From positions 1 to 64,000 of the IMG/VR virus record IMGVR_UViG_3300046455_000477: a stretch of DNA of 64,000 bases. One strand, written 5' to 3'. Source of the stretch: a virus. Below the pieces are notes generated by a model. That model ran no database searches. It saw only the letters and a program-made list of their open reading frames with translations, and had not been told where the DNA came from. Of the stretch, positions 55,993 to 64,000 are shown one piece after another; positions within the stretch are counted from its first letter, which is position 1, and each line of letters begins with the position of its first letter. Both the position numbers and the translations under genes were made by a program.

Positions 55993-56021
55993 ACTCTAGC
56001 CTCATCGTAATTAAAAGCAAA
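55993..56021 (-). promoter_or_regulatory. Putative promoter TTTGCT-N17-TAGAGT driving the modification/polymerase operon
   Basis: AT-rich intergenic region resembling the early promoters; ATG lies only ~9 nt downstream of the -10. Confidence 0.55.
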
Positions 56022-56059
56022 GAGGTTTTCCCGATATCGTGGAAATAAAAATCGGTAAT

Positions 56060-57592
56060 CTATATCTTGTAGTGGAGCGCCGTCTGGGGGGAAACCACGA
56101 TGAGCTCCTCCTTTGCTCGTGTAACCCCGACGTAGAAGACGCGGTGCTCCGCATCCGGGTTGGTCGCGGCCTCCCTGTGAGTGCGGAAAGCCCGATCCCT
56201 CACCAGAACGACGCGATCGGCCTCTCCGCCCTTGGAGCCATGGATCGTGGACAGCCGTATGCGCGGCTCCCTCGTCAGTCGCTCACCGTTGGCGCGGCAC
56301 GCTCTGATGTAGGTCACGTCCTGCTCCGGAATACGGTTGAGGGAGTCGAACCACTCCCTGTCGGTCCGGAGCCCGCCGTCCCTCCGCAGATCATCCATGC
56401 TCACCATCTCATCGGGATGGAACCGGGGAAGCTTCTTGAAGCCTCGGTCCAGTCCTCGCCCGCTGACGATAAGGTCGTACGGACCACTGATGATGTCCGA
56501 AACCCGCTGCGAAACACCATTGCGAAGCCTCTCCCAGCACACGATAGCGTCCAGGGTGGACCGCTTCACCGACGGGCTCCCGTCCCGACTGTAGAGTCTC
56601 CCTGCGGCCCGCAGCTGATTGGCTACGTTGTCCAGGTAGGGACGCCGGTTCCGCGTCAGCACCATCGTCGTCCCGTCCTCCCCCCGGTCCCCGTTCTTGC
56701 TGAAGTCAATGGCAGCGAGGGACGGAGCGCGGCGGGCGATACCCTCCCCCTCGCGAGCGTTCCATACTTTTGGTCGGCGGTGGCTGACCTGCCCGATGAT
56801 CCGGTTCGCAACCGATTGAACCCGGCGCGGGACGCGGTAGGACTGCCCGAGAACGACGACGCTACCAAGCATATCGATCATGGTGTCGGTATCCGCTCCA
56901 GCCCACTGATAGATGGACTGGTCGTCGTCCCCCGCTATGGTGACCGGTATGTCGTCCACAGCCATCGCCCGGATGACGTCCCACTGGATGAGGCTGAGGT
57001 CCTGAGCCTCGTCCACGAGCAGTGCCTCCAGCTTCGGGTATCGCTTCTGCTTCACGAACTGCTCCAGCAGGTCGGTAAAGTCCAGCATCCTGTGGGCATC
57101 CTTGTACTCCCTCATCCCCCGGCTGAACCGCTCCACGCGGCTCCAGTCCAAACCGTCGCTGTCCTCGTTGTAGAGCTGCCGCAGGGGGATGCGGCGGACG
57201 CGGGCCAGGTTATCCATGAAGAGCATGCGGTCCCCCGGCTCGTAACCGCTCCAGGTTCCCTCGTCCATCCGGAAGTGCCCAGTGATCCGCTCGCCTATCC
57301 AGTCCCCAAACTCAGCCATCTTACGGCCCTCGAGAATACTTCCCGCCGAGGCACCGATCTGGCGCATGCACAGCGAGTGGATGGTCCGGAAGTAGGGCAG
57401 GGCGTCCTTCTCCAGCCGAAAGTCCACCGCGACGCGGCCCGCAGCCTCCTCGGCCGCTCGGCGCGTGAAGGTGAGAAACCCGATGCGATCCGGGGGGACG
57501 CCCGCGTCCAGGTGGCCCCGGAGGGTGTCCAGCAGGGTCGTTGTCTTGCCCGTTCCGGGCGGGCCGAGGAGTATCGTCCAGGGGCGGGTCAT
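56060..57592 (-). CDS. UvrD/REP-family SF1 helicase
   Basis: GPPGTGKTT, DEAQD, GDDDQSIY, QSYR, STIHGSKGGEAD and YVGVTRAK motifs. Confidence 0.92.
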   Translation of the reverse strand: MTRPWTILLGPPGTGKTTTLLDTLRGHLDAGVPPDRIGFLTFTRRAAEEAAGRVAVDFRLEKDALPYFRTIHSLCMRQIGASAGSILEGRKMAEFGDWIGERITGHFRMDEGTWSGYEPGDRMLFMDNLARVRRIPLRQLYNEDSDGLDWSRVERFSRGMREYKDAHRMLDFTDLLEQFVKQKRYPKLEALLVDEAQDLSLIQWDVIRAMAVDDIPVTIAGDDDQSIYQWAGADTDTMIDMLGSVVVLGQSYRVPRRVQSVANRIIGQVSHRRPKVWNAREGEGIARRAPSLAAIDFSKNGDRGEDGTTMVLTRNRRPYLDNVANQLRAAGRLYSRDGSPSVKRSTLDAIVCWERLRNGVSQRVSDIISGPYDLIVSGRGLDRGFKKLPRFHPDEMVSMDDLRRDGGLRTDREWFDSLNRIPEQDVTYIRACRANGERLTREPRIRLSTIHGSKGGEADRVVLVRDRAFRTHREAATNPDAEHRVFYVGVTRAKEELIVVSPQTALHYKI

Positions 57593-57783
57593 CTCCACAT
57601 ACTCATTCTCTTTACTCTCTCGCAACCTTCCGGACAAGGGTCTTCCTCCACTCTGCTCTCCTCATCGTTCTTTGTGGATTGGACGTGCGGTTTGGACCTA
57701 TCGTAGGACAAGTATGGATTATACTCGTGCGGATTTCCCCTGAAGGGGCGGCGTCTCTCCTTCAGCGTATAATTCTTAGCCAT
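57589..57783 (-). CDS. Small hypothetical protein
   Basis: GGAG RBS; overlaps both neighbouring genes. Confidence 0.45.
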   Translation of the reverse strand: MAKNYTLKERRRPFRGNPHEYNPYLSYDRSKPHVQSTKNDEESRVEEDPCPEGCERVKRMSMWR

Positions 57784-58168
57784 CAGAGATCTCCGCCGCA
57801 CGAGCCGATGCCTTGGCTGCCTGATTGGCGACGTAGCGACCCTTGGGTGTCAGAGCGTGCCTGACGGGATCCTCCATTCTGCGGACGAGCCCGTGGATCC
57901 TAGCGGACTTCAGTCTGGCACTGACCTGACGCCGATCGCTTCCCTCCGTCTTCTCGATTATCTCGCTGGTGCGCAGCCACGTCCACTGCCGAGGTGTTCG
58001 CCGTCGCTCCACTTCTATGACGTGCATGGCGTAGATCACTGCGCCGCGCTGGTTCGTGCAGCTCTCCTCCACTCCATCGTACGTGTAGTGAAACGAACCC
58101 GGCTTCCGCCGCATCACTCGTTTGTAGGGCTTGCGCTTGCGATCGGTTGGTTCCTGCGTGACATCCAT
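57776..58168 (-). CDS. Basic protein, possible winged-helix DNA-binding
   Basis: SEII......RRQVSARL......GLV......ALTPKG pattern. Confidence 0.5.
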   Translation of the reverse strand: MDVTQEPTDRKRKPYKRVMRRKPGSFHYTYDGVEESCTNQRGAVIYAMHVIEVERRRTPRQWTWLRTSEIIEKTEGSDRRQVSARLKSARIHGLVRRMEDPVRHALTPKGRYVANQAAKASARAAEISDG

Positions 58169-58196
58169 GCTCGCTTTCCCTTTGTTACACCGGAGT

Positions 58197-58226
58197 AACC
58201 TAAACCCTCCGCACGGGCGGGCGAAA
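58197..58226 (-). promoter_or_regulatory. Putative promoter TTTCGC-N18-TAGGTT
   Basis: Same -35 as the early promoters, with an upstream A-tract. Confidence 0.5.
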
Positions 58227-58291
58227 GCCTCTTTTTTAGCACGGGTCCTGTGAACCCAGGGCGGATGCTAGGCGGCGCGGCGGCGGCGCGG

Positions 58292-58981
58292 CTAGGCTAC
58301 TATCGGTTCCGGGGGCGTGGCGCCTGTAGCCTCCGTCTGGGGCGTCGCAACGGGGTGATCAGGGGGCGTGACCGGGGGGCTAGCGGCGGCGCGGTGCCGT
58401 AGGATGCTGCGATGAACGTATCGACAAGAGTAGGCATCGGCGAGGGCGTCGTGGGCGTTCGTTATTTCCTTCCGGGCGAAGTGGCGGTATGCCTCACTCA
58501 GCTTGGGTGCCTTGAAACCGTCGATCGAGTAACCGCCTCGCGACGGTATCCCGACGATCGCCGCCGACTCCCGCATCGTGCAGAACAGCTCGGGCCACTC
58601 CAGCCTGGGAACGCGCTGCACGCCGCACACGTGGTCCATAACGGTGAGATCAAACTGAATGTTATGCGCGACGACGACGCGCGCGATACTCAGCATCTGA
58701 CGGAACCGGCCGATGATGAAATCTGGTGGCCAGCCGTAGGCGTCGCACACCTCCGGCGTTATGCCGTGCAGGTCGATCACTCGCTGAGCGATGGGGTTCT
58801 GCCTGATTCCCTGCCAGTGCCGCTGGCTGATGATGCAGGACAGCGTTGTGACGACGCGGTTCTCCGTTGCAAGGATCGCCGCGACCTGCACCGGCAGGGC
58901 GGGGGAGCCTCGCTCGTGATAGTCCGCCGTCTCGGTGTCGAAGTAGAGCGCGGGCCAGCCCCCCGGTTGAGCTCCACTCAT
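58292..58981 (-). CDS. DEDDh 3'-5' exonuclease (DnaQ-like)
   Basis: FDTET, HGIT, AHNIQFD, CTM and AHDALAD motifs. Confidence 0.88.
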   Translation of the reverse strand: MSGAQPGGWPALYFDTETADYHERGSPALPVQVAAILATENRVVTTLSCIISQRHWQGIRQNPIAQRVIDLHGITPEVCDAYGWPPDFIIGRFRQMLSIARVVVAHNIQFDLTVMDHVCGVQRVPRLEWPELFCTMRESAAIVGIPSRGGYSIDGFKAPKLSEAYRHFARKEITNAHDALADAYSCRYVHRSILRHRAAASPPVTPPDHPVATPQTEATGATPPEPIVA

Positions 58982-61215
58982 CGCACGTCCTCCTCTATCG
59001 GGCACACGCCGGACGCGCACGCCAGCGCGGCGTCGTCGTAGGCCTCCCGCTCCACCGGAGCGAGGATACGGTTCATCAGGTCGGCGTACTCCGTTGCCGT
59101 GATGGGCTGCTCCGGGACGTATCCGTAGAGCTTCTCGGTGGCGCGCCAGTCCGACGAGGGCATCACTGCACAGCAGCGAATGCGTGGCTGCCACTCCAGA
59201 ATCATCTGCATGAACTCCGGATAACTCACCCGATCAGGCTGATACTTGAGCGTGTAGCTGACCTGATTGTTTCGGCCGCGCTCCTCGCCAAGCCAGTACT
59301 TCTCGAGCAGCATGAGCCAGCGAAAGTTCTCCTCCATCGTCGTGTCGTCGGCCGACGTGACGTTGTCACCCATCAGCTCGGCGATCGGCTGTCGGGTCGG
59401 GAATCCAACGACGACCTGACCGTGGTAGCGCTCCCCGATGTCCTTCACCGGATACCCGCGCGCAACCAGATCCGGAAGGTCGGCGGCGGTCTTGTTGTAC
59501 TGGACCCACCTGAGATAGTAGGGACTGGCTGGCAGGTGACCACCCTCGGTGCAGTTCATCACCTTGGAGACGGTTCCGCTAGGCTTGATGGTCGTGACCG
59601 TGTGAGGGGTGACCATACCCACGACGGCGGAGTACTCGGCCGCAGCGGTCTCCGCAGCGCTGCGCAGCTCCCCGACGAAGTTCCAGAACTCGGTGGACCG
59701 GGGGGTTGGATCCCGTATCAGGTCCTGGAACGTGAGGCCGAAGAGGTTCCAGGCAAACTCGTGGATTCCGGTCAGACTGACCCCGATGCGGTTCGTTCGC
59801 TGAACCTCGCTGGCGTAGTCGGATTTCATCAGGTTGCAGCGCACGAGGAACCGCGCCATCAGGTCGGCGGCGTCCAGCGCCTCCAGCTTGCTGTGGACCT
59901 GGGCGAGGCAGAGGTCTCCTATAACGCAGTAGCCTCCGTAGAGGGCTAGGACGATCTCTCCGCAGGGGTTCGTTATGAACTGATAGGGAACGCGCCGGAC
60001 GTGGGTCAGGACGTTGTCGACCATCTCCCGCGTTCGCCGATGCAGCGACGGATACGTGTCCAGGCTGATGTAGTTGCTGCCGTCGATGGCGTCCATTCCA
60101 TCCCGGTTGTCGTTGAGCATGTCGACGTTGATGAACCCCGGCTCCCCGGTCCGGTCCCAGTAGGCGGCGTTCACGGCGGCTTCGAACACCCGGCGAGCAT
60201 GCGTGTGCTGGGGCTCCGCCGCCTCCCGCCAGAACTTCTCGTCTACCAGCACCGAGTTATTGGCTGACCACAGGAACCCGCCGCGCTTCAGGTCGATGAA
60301 CTCGATCACGTCACGGTCCCGCCAGTACTTCGTCGCCATGCGGGCGCTGCGTCGGGCACCGCCGACGTGGACGCACGCCGCGAGGTAGTGGTCAATGAAC
60401 ATGGCCTGCTTCCAGGGGGCCATCCCGGAGCCCTTCACGGAGGCCACCCGCTGAAGTGCCCACATTGTGGGGATCGGGCCTGACGACGGGCGGTTCTGCA
60501 TACCCCGGATGGGCATCCCCTTCCCGCGCACCTCCGAGAAGTCGAAGATGAAGAGCTTGTCGGCGTGCTTCTCCTGCCAGGCGGCGGTCTCGAGGATCTC
60601 CACGACCTTCGTCCAGCCGTCCCGACTGTCCTCCACAACGAACCACCGGACGTCCTCGCTGTCCGACGGATACTTGTGCCGGGCCTCGCGCAGCGGCTCC
60701 ATGGATCCCTGGAAGAGGTCGGGGTGGAAGTCCGGGTGAGAGTCCGACATAACGAGGCGCACGTCCGGCATGCGATCCCAGTTCACGCGGCAGGTGGCCG
60801 ACGAGTAGTCCCGCCCCACCCCCGCACCGCACAGAAGGAGCTTGAACGACATGAAGCTGAACAGAGCGGTCGCGCAGTTGGAGTGCAGCTCCATGATGCG
60901 ATTCACCTGACCAGCGTCGCCGTGCTGAAGATGTCGGCCAGAGGTGGAGAACACCCCCGCCCTGGCCAGCTCCAGCGTTCTGTGGAGCTCGTTGCGGGCG
61001 CGGGCGGCGTCCAGTGCCGCGTAGCGCTGCGTTGCGAGGCTTCGGTCGAGCCGAGGGTCCAGCGCGAAGTTCCCCCGGACAACGTCCTCGATGCGCTCCG
61101 CCCAGGTCTGCAGCCGCCCGGAGGGCGTCGGCCTGGAGTACTTGTTCTCGAACACGGCCCGAGGCATACCCGCCGGAACCACGAACTCTCTTGCTGAGTC
61201 TACTGCGTCATTCAT
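58978..61215 (-). CDS. nrdJ: Ribonucleotide reductase, probably class II (B12-dependent)
   Basis: NCA, RRSA, GEPGF, TNPCGEI and TTIKPSGT motifs; C-terminal CASGVCP; no small subunit in the window. Confidence 0.8.
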   Translation of the reverse strand: MNDAVDSAREFVVPAGMPRAVFENKYSRPTPSGRLQTWAERIEDVVRGNFALDPRLDRSLATQRYAALDAARARNELHRTLELARAGVFSTSGRHLQHGDAGQVNRIMELHSNCATALFSFMSFKLLLCGAGVGRDYSSATCRVNWDRMPDVRLVMSDSHPDFHPDLFQGSMEPLREARHKYPSDSEDVRWFVVEDSRDGWTKVVEILETAAWQEKHADKLFIFDFSEVRGKGMPIRGMQNRPSSGPIPTMWALQRVASVKGSGMAPWKQAMFIDHYLAACVHVGGARRSARMATKYWRDRDVIEFIDLKRGGFLWSANNSVLVDEKFWREAAEPQHTHARRVFEAAVNAAYWDRTGEPGFINVDMLNDNRDGMDAIDGSNYISLDTYPSLHRRTREMVDNVLTHVRRVPYQFITNPCGEIVLALYGGYCVIGDLCLAQVHSKLEALDAADLMARFLVRCNLMKSDYASEVQRTNRIGVSLTGIHEFAWNLFGLTFQDLIRDPTPRSTEFWNFVGELRSAAETAAAEYSAVVGMVTPHTVTTIKPSGTVSKVMNCTEGGHLPASPYYLRWVQYNKTAADLPDLVARGYPVKDIGERYHGQVVVGFPTRQPIAELMGDNVTSADDTTMEENFRWLMLLEKYWLGEERGRNNQVSYTLKYQPDRVSYPEFMQMILEWQPRIRCCAVMPSSDWRATEKLYGYVPEQPITATEYADLMNRILAPVEREAYDDAALACASGVCPIEEDVR

Positions 61216-61231
61216 ACTACCCGACCCCTTG

Positions 61232-62788
61232 CTATAGTGGACTGTCCGCTGTGTCCGGCGTATCCAGTGGCTCCGTTTGCCACGAGAATTGATCCTCTCG
61301 CAGTCGCCACGTTCGCACGTTCTTTCCCTTTACCTTGAATTGATCACTCGTACCACCCATCTCGCGTAGCCTCGCTGTTAGCCAACTGCGTAACGATATG
61401 TCGCGAGTAGGCGACGCGAACTTCTCCAGCTCCAGGGAGCGCTCCAGATCCTGGATACGGAAGTGGACGATACCGTGCTCGGTATCCAGCCACGGCACCC
61501 CCTGCACGATGCTGTCGCGCGTCTCCGCCGCGCTCCGGCTTGTCACGAACTGATCCAGGAGCTCCATGAACCTTCCTCCGGAACTAGATTCCTTCGGCAC
61601 CTCTATGTGGATAGCGTTCTCCATTATCTTCTGGGTCCAGGACGTCCAGTCCGTCTGCTTGTACAAAGGCATTATTATGTGGTGCTGTGTTGTAGCGGCC
61701 AACCGAAATCCATAAACATTAAGCAGCTGATGAGAAGTGATCTCCACGGTTTGGCCCGTCTTTAGGACGACAAAATAGACGGGCGTTTCGGTCTTAAGGA
61801 CACTGGCGCTCTCCAGTATCGACACCGAACCAGCATGGCCGTTAACTCCGTGCTCGCGCGTGCGACACAGGGCAACGTTGCAGCGCATGGACAACGGCTT
61901 CTCGGTGCACTTGTAGTTGTAGTCCTTCTTCCTCAGGCTCCGTATGATACTGTCCAGTTCCTGAGGGGGGAACGGCGGATCCCCACCGTGCTCCCTCACC
62001 CAGTCCCTCAGCAGCGCCTCCCAATTCTCCGGAGACATCTTCTTAGCCAGAATACCCAGCCCGAGCACACCGCTGTTCCGTGTTCCGGGGGGGAACCCGG
62101 TTGCCACGAGGCTCTCGAGGCAGGGCGGGCCTGACCCGAACCCTTCAACCGGCTGACTGAGCCTCAGGTCGTGCAGCCCACGCCTGGAGAGCCGCACGGA
62201 CTCGGCTAGGTCGAGGAAGGCGGCGGCGGTCACGCCTCTTCCGTCTGGACGAACCGCGTGGCGCGTCGTCGCGTCACCACCATAGTAGGGCATGTTCAGC
62301 CAGGAGCCCAGGTCGCCACGCTCCGCGAGCACCGTCATCTGCTTGGGAAATATCTCGCTGTCGCCGTGCCCCAGAGCTGCGGCTAGCTCACGAAGGCGCG
62401 GGACGACCTCCGCCGCCGATATCGGCTCCGAAAAGAACAGATACACGTGAGCACCGCCGCTCTTTGTTCGGCAGACGATGGCCGGGATACCCGCCTTCAC
62501 GACAGCGGCAGCGAGGTCCGCGACAACGATTGTGTAGTCGTCAACATCGACCGCGCCCCACAGGCAGGCGTCGTCCTCCCGTATGGGAACGATCCCTAGT
62601 GGCTTCGCACCAGCGAGGTGCTGCTTCCATAACGCTACAGTCGCGGGGGATCGAACGGTCGTGGCCGTCCGCTTTATCGTCCGCTTCCCCCCCGGCTCCG
62701 CGTCCTCCTCCGCATAGGTTCCGTGGGATCTCTCGGCCCCAGCGAATATACGCATGAACCTCTCGGCTAGTGATGCGTCGTCGCTCAC
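61232..62788 (-). CDS. Primase (archaeo-eukaryotic primase-like N-terminus, PriCT-like region)
   Basis: W..HL.G...LG, WGAVDVD, RTKSGGAH.Y.F, EIFPKQ, LNMPY and GPPCL...G.RN motifs. Confidence 0.8.
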   Translation of the reverse strand: MSDDASLAERFMRIFAGAERSHGTYAEEDAEPGGKRTIKRTATTVRSPATVALWKQHLAGAKPLGIVPIREDDACLWGAVDVDDYTIVVADLAAAVVKAGIPAIVCRTKSGGAHVYLFFSEPISAAEVVPRLRELAAALGHGDSEIFPKQMTVLAERGDLGSWLNMPYYGGDATTRHAVRPDGRGVTAAAFLDLAESVRLSRRGLHDLRLSQPVEGFGSGPPCLESLVATGFPPGTRNSGVLGLGILAKKMSPENWEALLRDWVREHGGDPPFPPQELDSIIRSLRKKDYNYKCTEKPLSMRCNVALCRTREHGVNGHAGSVSILESASVLKTETPVYFVVLKTGQTVEITSHQLLNVYGFRLAATTQHHIIMPLYKQTDWTSWTQKIMENAIHIEVPKESSSGGRFMELLDQFVTSRSAAETRDSIVQGVPWLDTEHGIVHFRIQDLERSLELEKFASPTRDISLRSWLTARLREMGGTSDQFKVKGKNVRTWRLREDQFSWQTEPLDTPDTADSPL

Positions 62789-62883
62789 AGTTGATGTGGT
62801 GTGCGTCGCACGGACACCCCTCCCCTCCGACGGATTCCGGTGCCGGAGGGCTCCCCTGCCCCCGGCGACCGGTCGGCGCTAGC

Positions 62884-63861
62884 TCAGAGGGGGCTTTCGT
62901 CAGCCAGATCAGCGTCTATCACGACGCCGTTGCTGGATTCTTCCTCGTGGACCATTCGGGCCTTCACGCCACCCGCCCTAGTAGCTTCCACGAAGTGCTT
63001 GTAGGCTTCCAGGAAGGCGGCTGGGCACAGCGTTCTGGCATCGCCCGCATCCCGCAGTTCCTTGCAGGGCTGACCATTCTTGTCCAGGAACTCGAACTTA
63101 TAGTTGTACCAGTCTCCGGATTCGTTATTACGCCAAACCGTTTTCATCCGGACAATCGTCTGGAAGGAGGGCCGGATCGCGCCGTTCGGCAGCTTGATCT
63201 TACCCAGGGAGCCATTGAGCTCCTGGTGGGACCTCCAGTTCGTACTCGCCATCGACACGGCAACGGGCCGAAGCTCCTCCACCAGCAGGAGGTGATGAAC
63301 GGCGGTCTTGACCAGCTGATGGCCATTGGGAAGCATGCGAACCTCGCCGCGTCCCTGGTCCTTGGGGACCAAACGGACCTGATTGACCAGGGGCGTGTCG
63401 AACGGATGGGTGGCCTTCAGACCCTTGTCGGCGGAGCCGCGCAGCCCCCACTCAAGCTCCAGGGACTCCGAGTAGAACTGTATGAACAGGAGCCCGTCGC
63501 CAGCCTCGGTGTCCCAGTACTGTTTCGTGGAGGAATCGAAGACGCTACCCGGCTCCAGTCCCTCGATGTAGGCTGGATCGCGCTTGTTGACCTCCGGAGA
63601 GCCCTTCTGAGCTATCTTCAGGAAGGACGTGAGCGTGTCCTCGGGGCGCAGGGATACTCCGGCCCCAGCGAACTCGCTGAGGTCCCCCATCAAGTTATCG
63701 GGGATGGCTACCGACTGGTTCCGGAGATGGGCAAGCACCTGACCGGGGGGAGGGTTGGTTGTGGGTGGATCCGTGGCTTCTGACACTGTGGGCTGTCCCT
63801 TGTTGGTTGTTGTTGCCTGTTTGGTCGGCTTCTGCTTCGTGGTGCTCACTTGCGTACTCAT
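62884..63861 (-). CDS. Putative ssDNA-binding protein
   Basis: FLKIAQ..SPEV....YIEG..PG, GHQLV.T and M.ST motifs; acidic C-terminal tail; replication context. Confidence 0.55.
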   Translation of the reverse strand: MSTQVSTTKQKPTKQATTTNKGQPTVSEATDPPTTNPPPGQVLAHLRNQSVAIPDNLMGDLSEFAGAGVSLRPEDTLTSFLKIAQKGSPEVNKRDPAYIEGLEPGSVFDSSTKQYWDTEAGDGLLFIQFYSESLELEWGLRGSADKGLKATHPFDTPLVNQVRLVPKDQGRGEVRMLPNGHQLVKTAVHHLLLVEELRPVAVSMASTNWRSHQELNGSLGKIKLPNGAIRPSFQTIVRMKTVWRNNESGDWYNYKFEFLDKNGQPCKELRDAGDARTLCPAAFLEAYKHFVEATRAGGVKARMVHEEESSNGVVIDADLADESPL

Positions 63862-64000
63862 CTCCGTGCTTTCCGCTTTGTGATGGAGGAGATGCGCCGC
63901 TTTGTGATCTCGCAGACGCGCCCGACCGACGCTCCGAGAAGCTCCAGATCGATCGGCGGTCGGCCGCGTCGCATTTCCTCGTCGAAGAGGAAGCTCTTGA
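63858..64000 (-). CDS. 3' end of a hypothetical replication-module protein (partial)
   Basis: Frame ...KSFLFDEEMRRGRPPIDLELLGASVGRVCEITKRR...* ends in an ATGA overlap with the SSB-like start. Confidence 0.5.
   Translation of the reverse strand, partial: KSFLFDEEMRRGRPPIDLELLGASVGRVCEITKRRISSITKRKARR

Noticed and set aside
56039-57706. 555-aa + strand ORF
   Set aside because: Antisense shadow of the UvrD helicase with no motifs; expected in GC-rich DNA.
63893-63908. Short direct repeat CCGCTTTGTGAT (x2, other copy ~63873)
   Set aside because: A 12-bp intragenic duplication (ITKR twice), too short to support any function.
1-64000. Prophage/lysogeny module or host genes
   Set aside because: No integrase, repressor pair or bacterial housekeeping gene was recognised in the window; the rest of the genome is not visible.

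Overview
This window is about 64 kb of a GC-rich tailed dsDNA phage, probably a myovirus (contractile tail). No integrase, tRNA or CRISPR array was seen, and terminase and portal are not in the window. The + strand (1-37.4 kb) carries the virion and lysis genes: two tandem paralogous HExxH metallopeptidase / small acidic protein pairs, a DUF2213-like prohead protease/scaffold, capsid, neck, sheath, tube, a tail chaperone with a candidate -1 frameshift, tape measure with a lysozyme domain, baseplate, several fibre/tailspike genes, a GH25 endolysin and a holin-like protein. The - strand (37.5-64 kb) carries an SNF2 helicase, an HNH endonuclease and an early region (about 39.5-49.3 kb) of small genes driven by seven repeated promoter-hairpin-RBS leaders. 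It continues with family A DNA polymerase, a probable hydroxymethyl-dU modification cluster (thymidylate-synthase-like, UDG-like, P-loop kinase, aGPT-Pplase1/HMUDK-like), UvrD helicase, DEDD exonuclease, class II RNR, primase and an SSB-like protein. The most notable candidates are: (1) the duplicated head-region metalloprotease plus cognate small protein modules, which share a F-x-E-x-K-H-x-R-x-x-D-G-K-F motif preceded by putative RxD maturation sites; (2) the repeated early-gene leader cassettes; (3) a dispersed ~100-bp inverted-repeat element present in both orientations; and (4) the base-modification cluster, next to a polymerase with an atypical motif B. All family assignments come from motif recognition by eye, not database searches.
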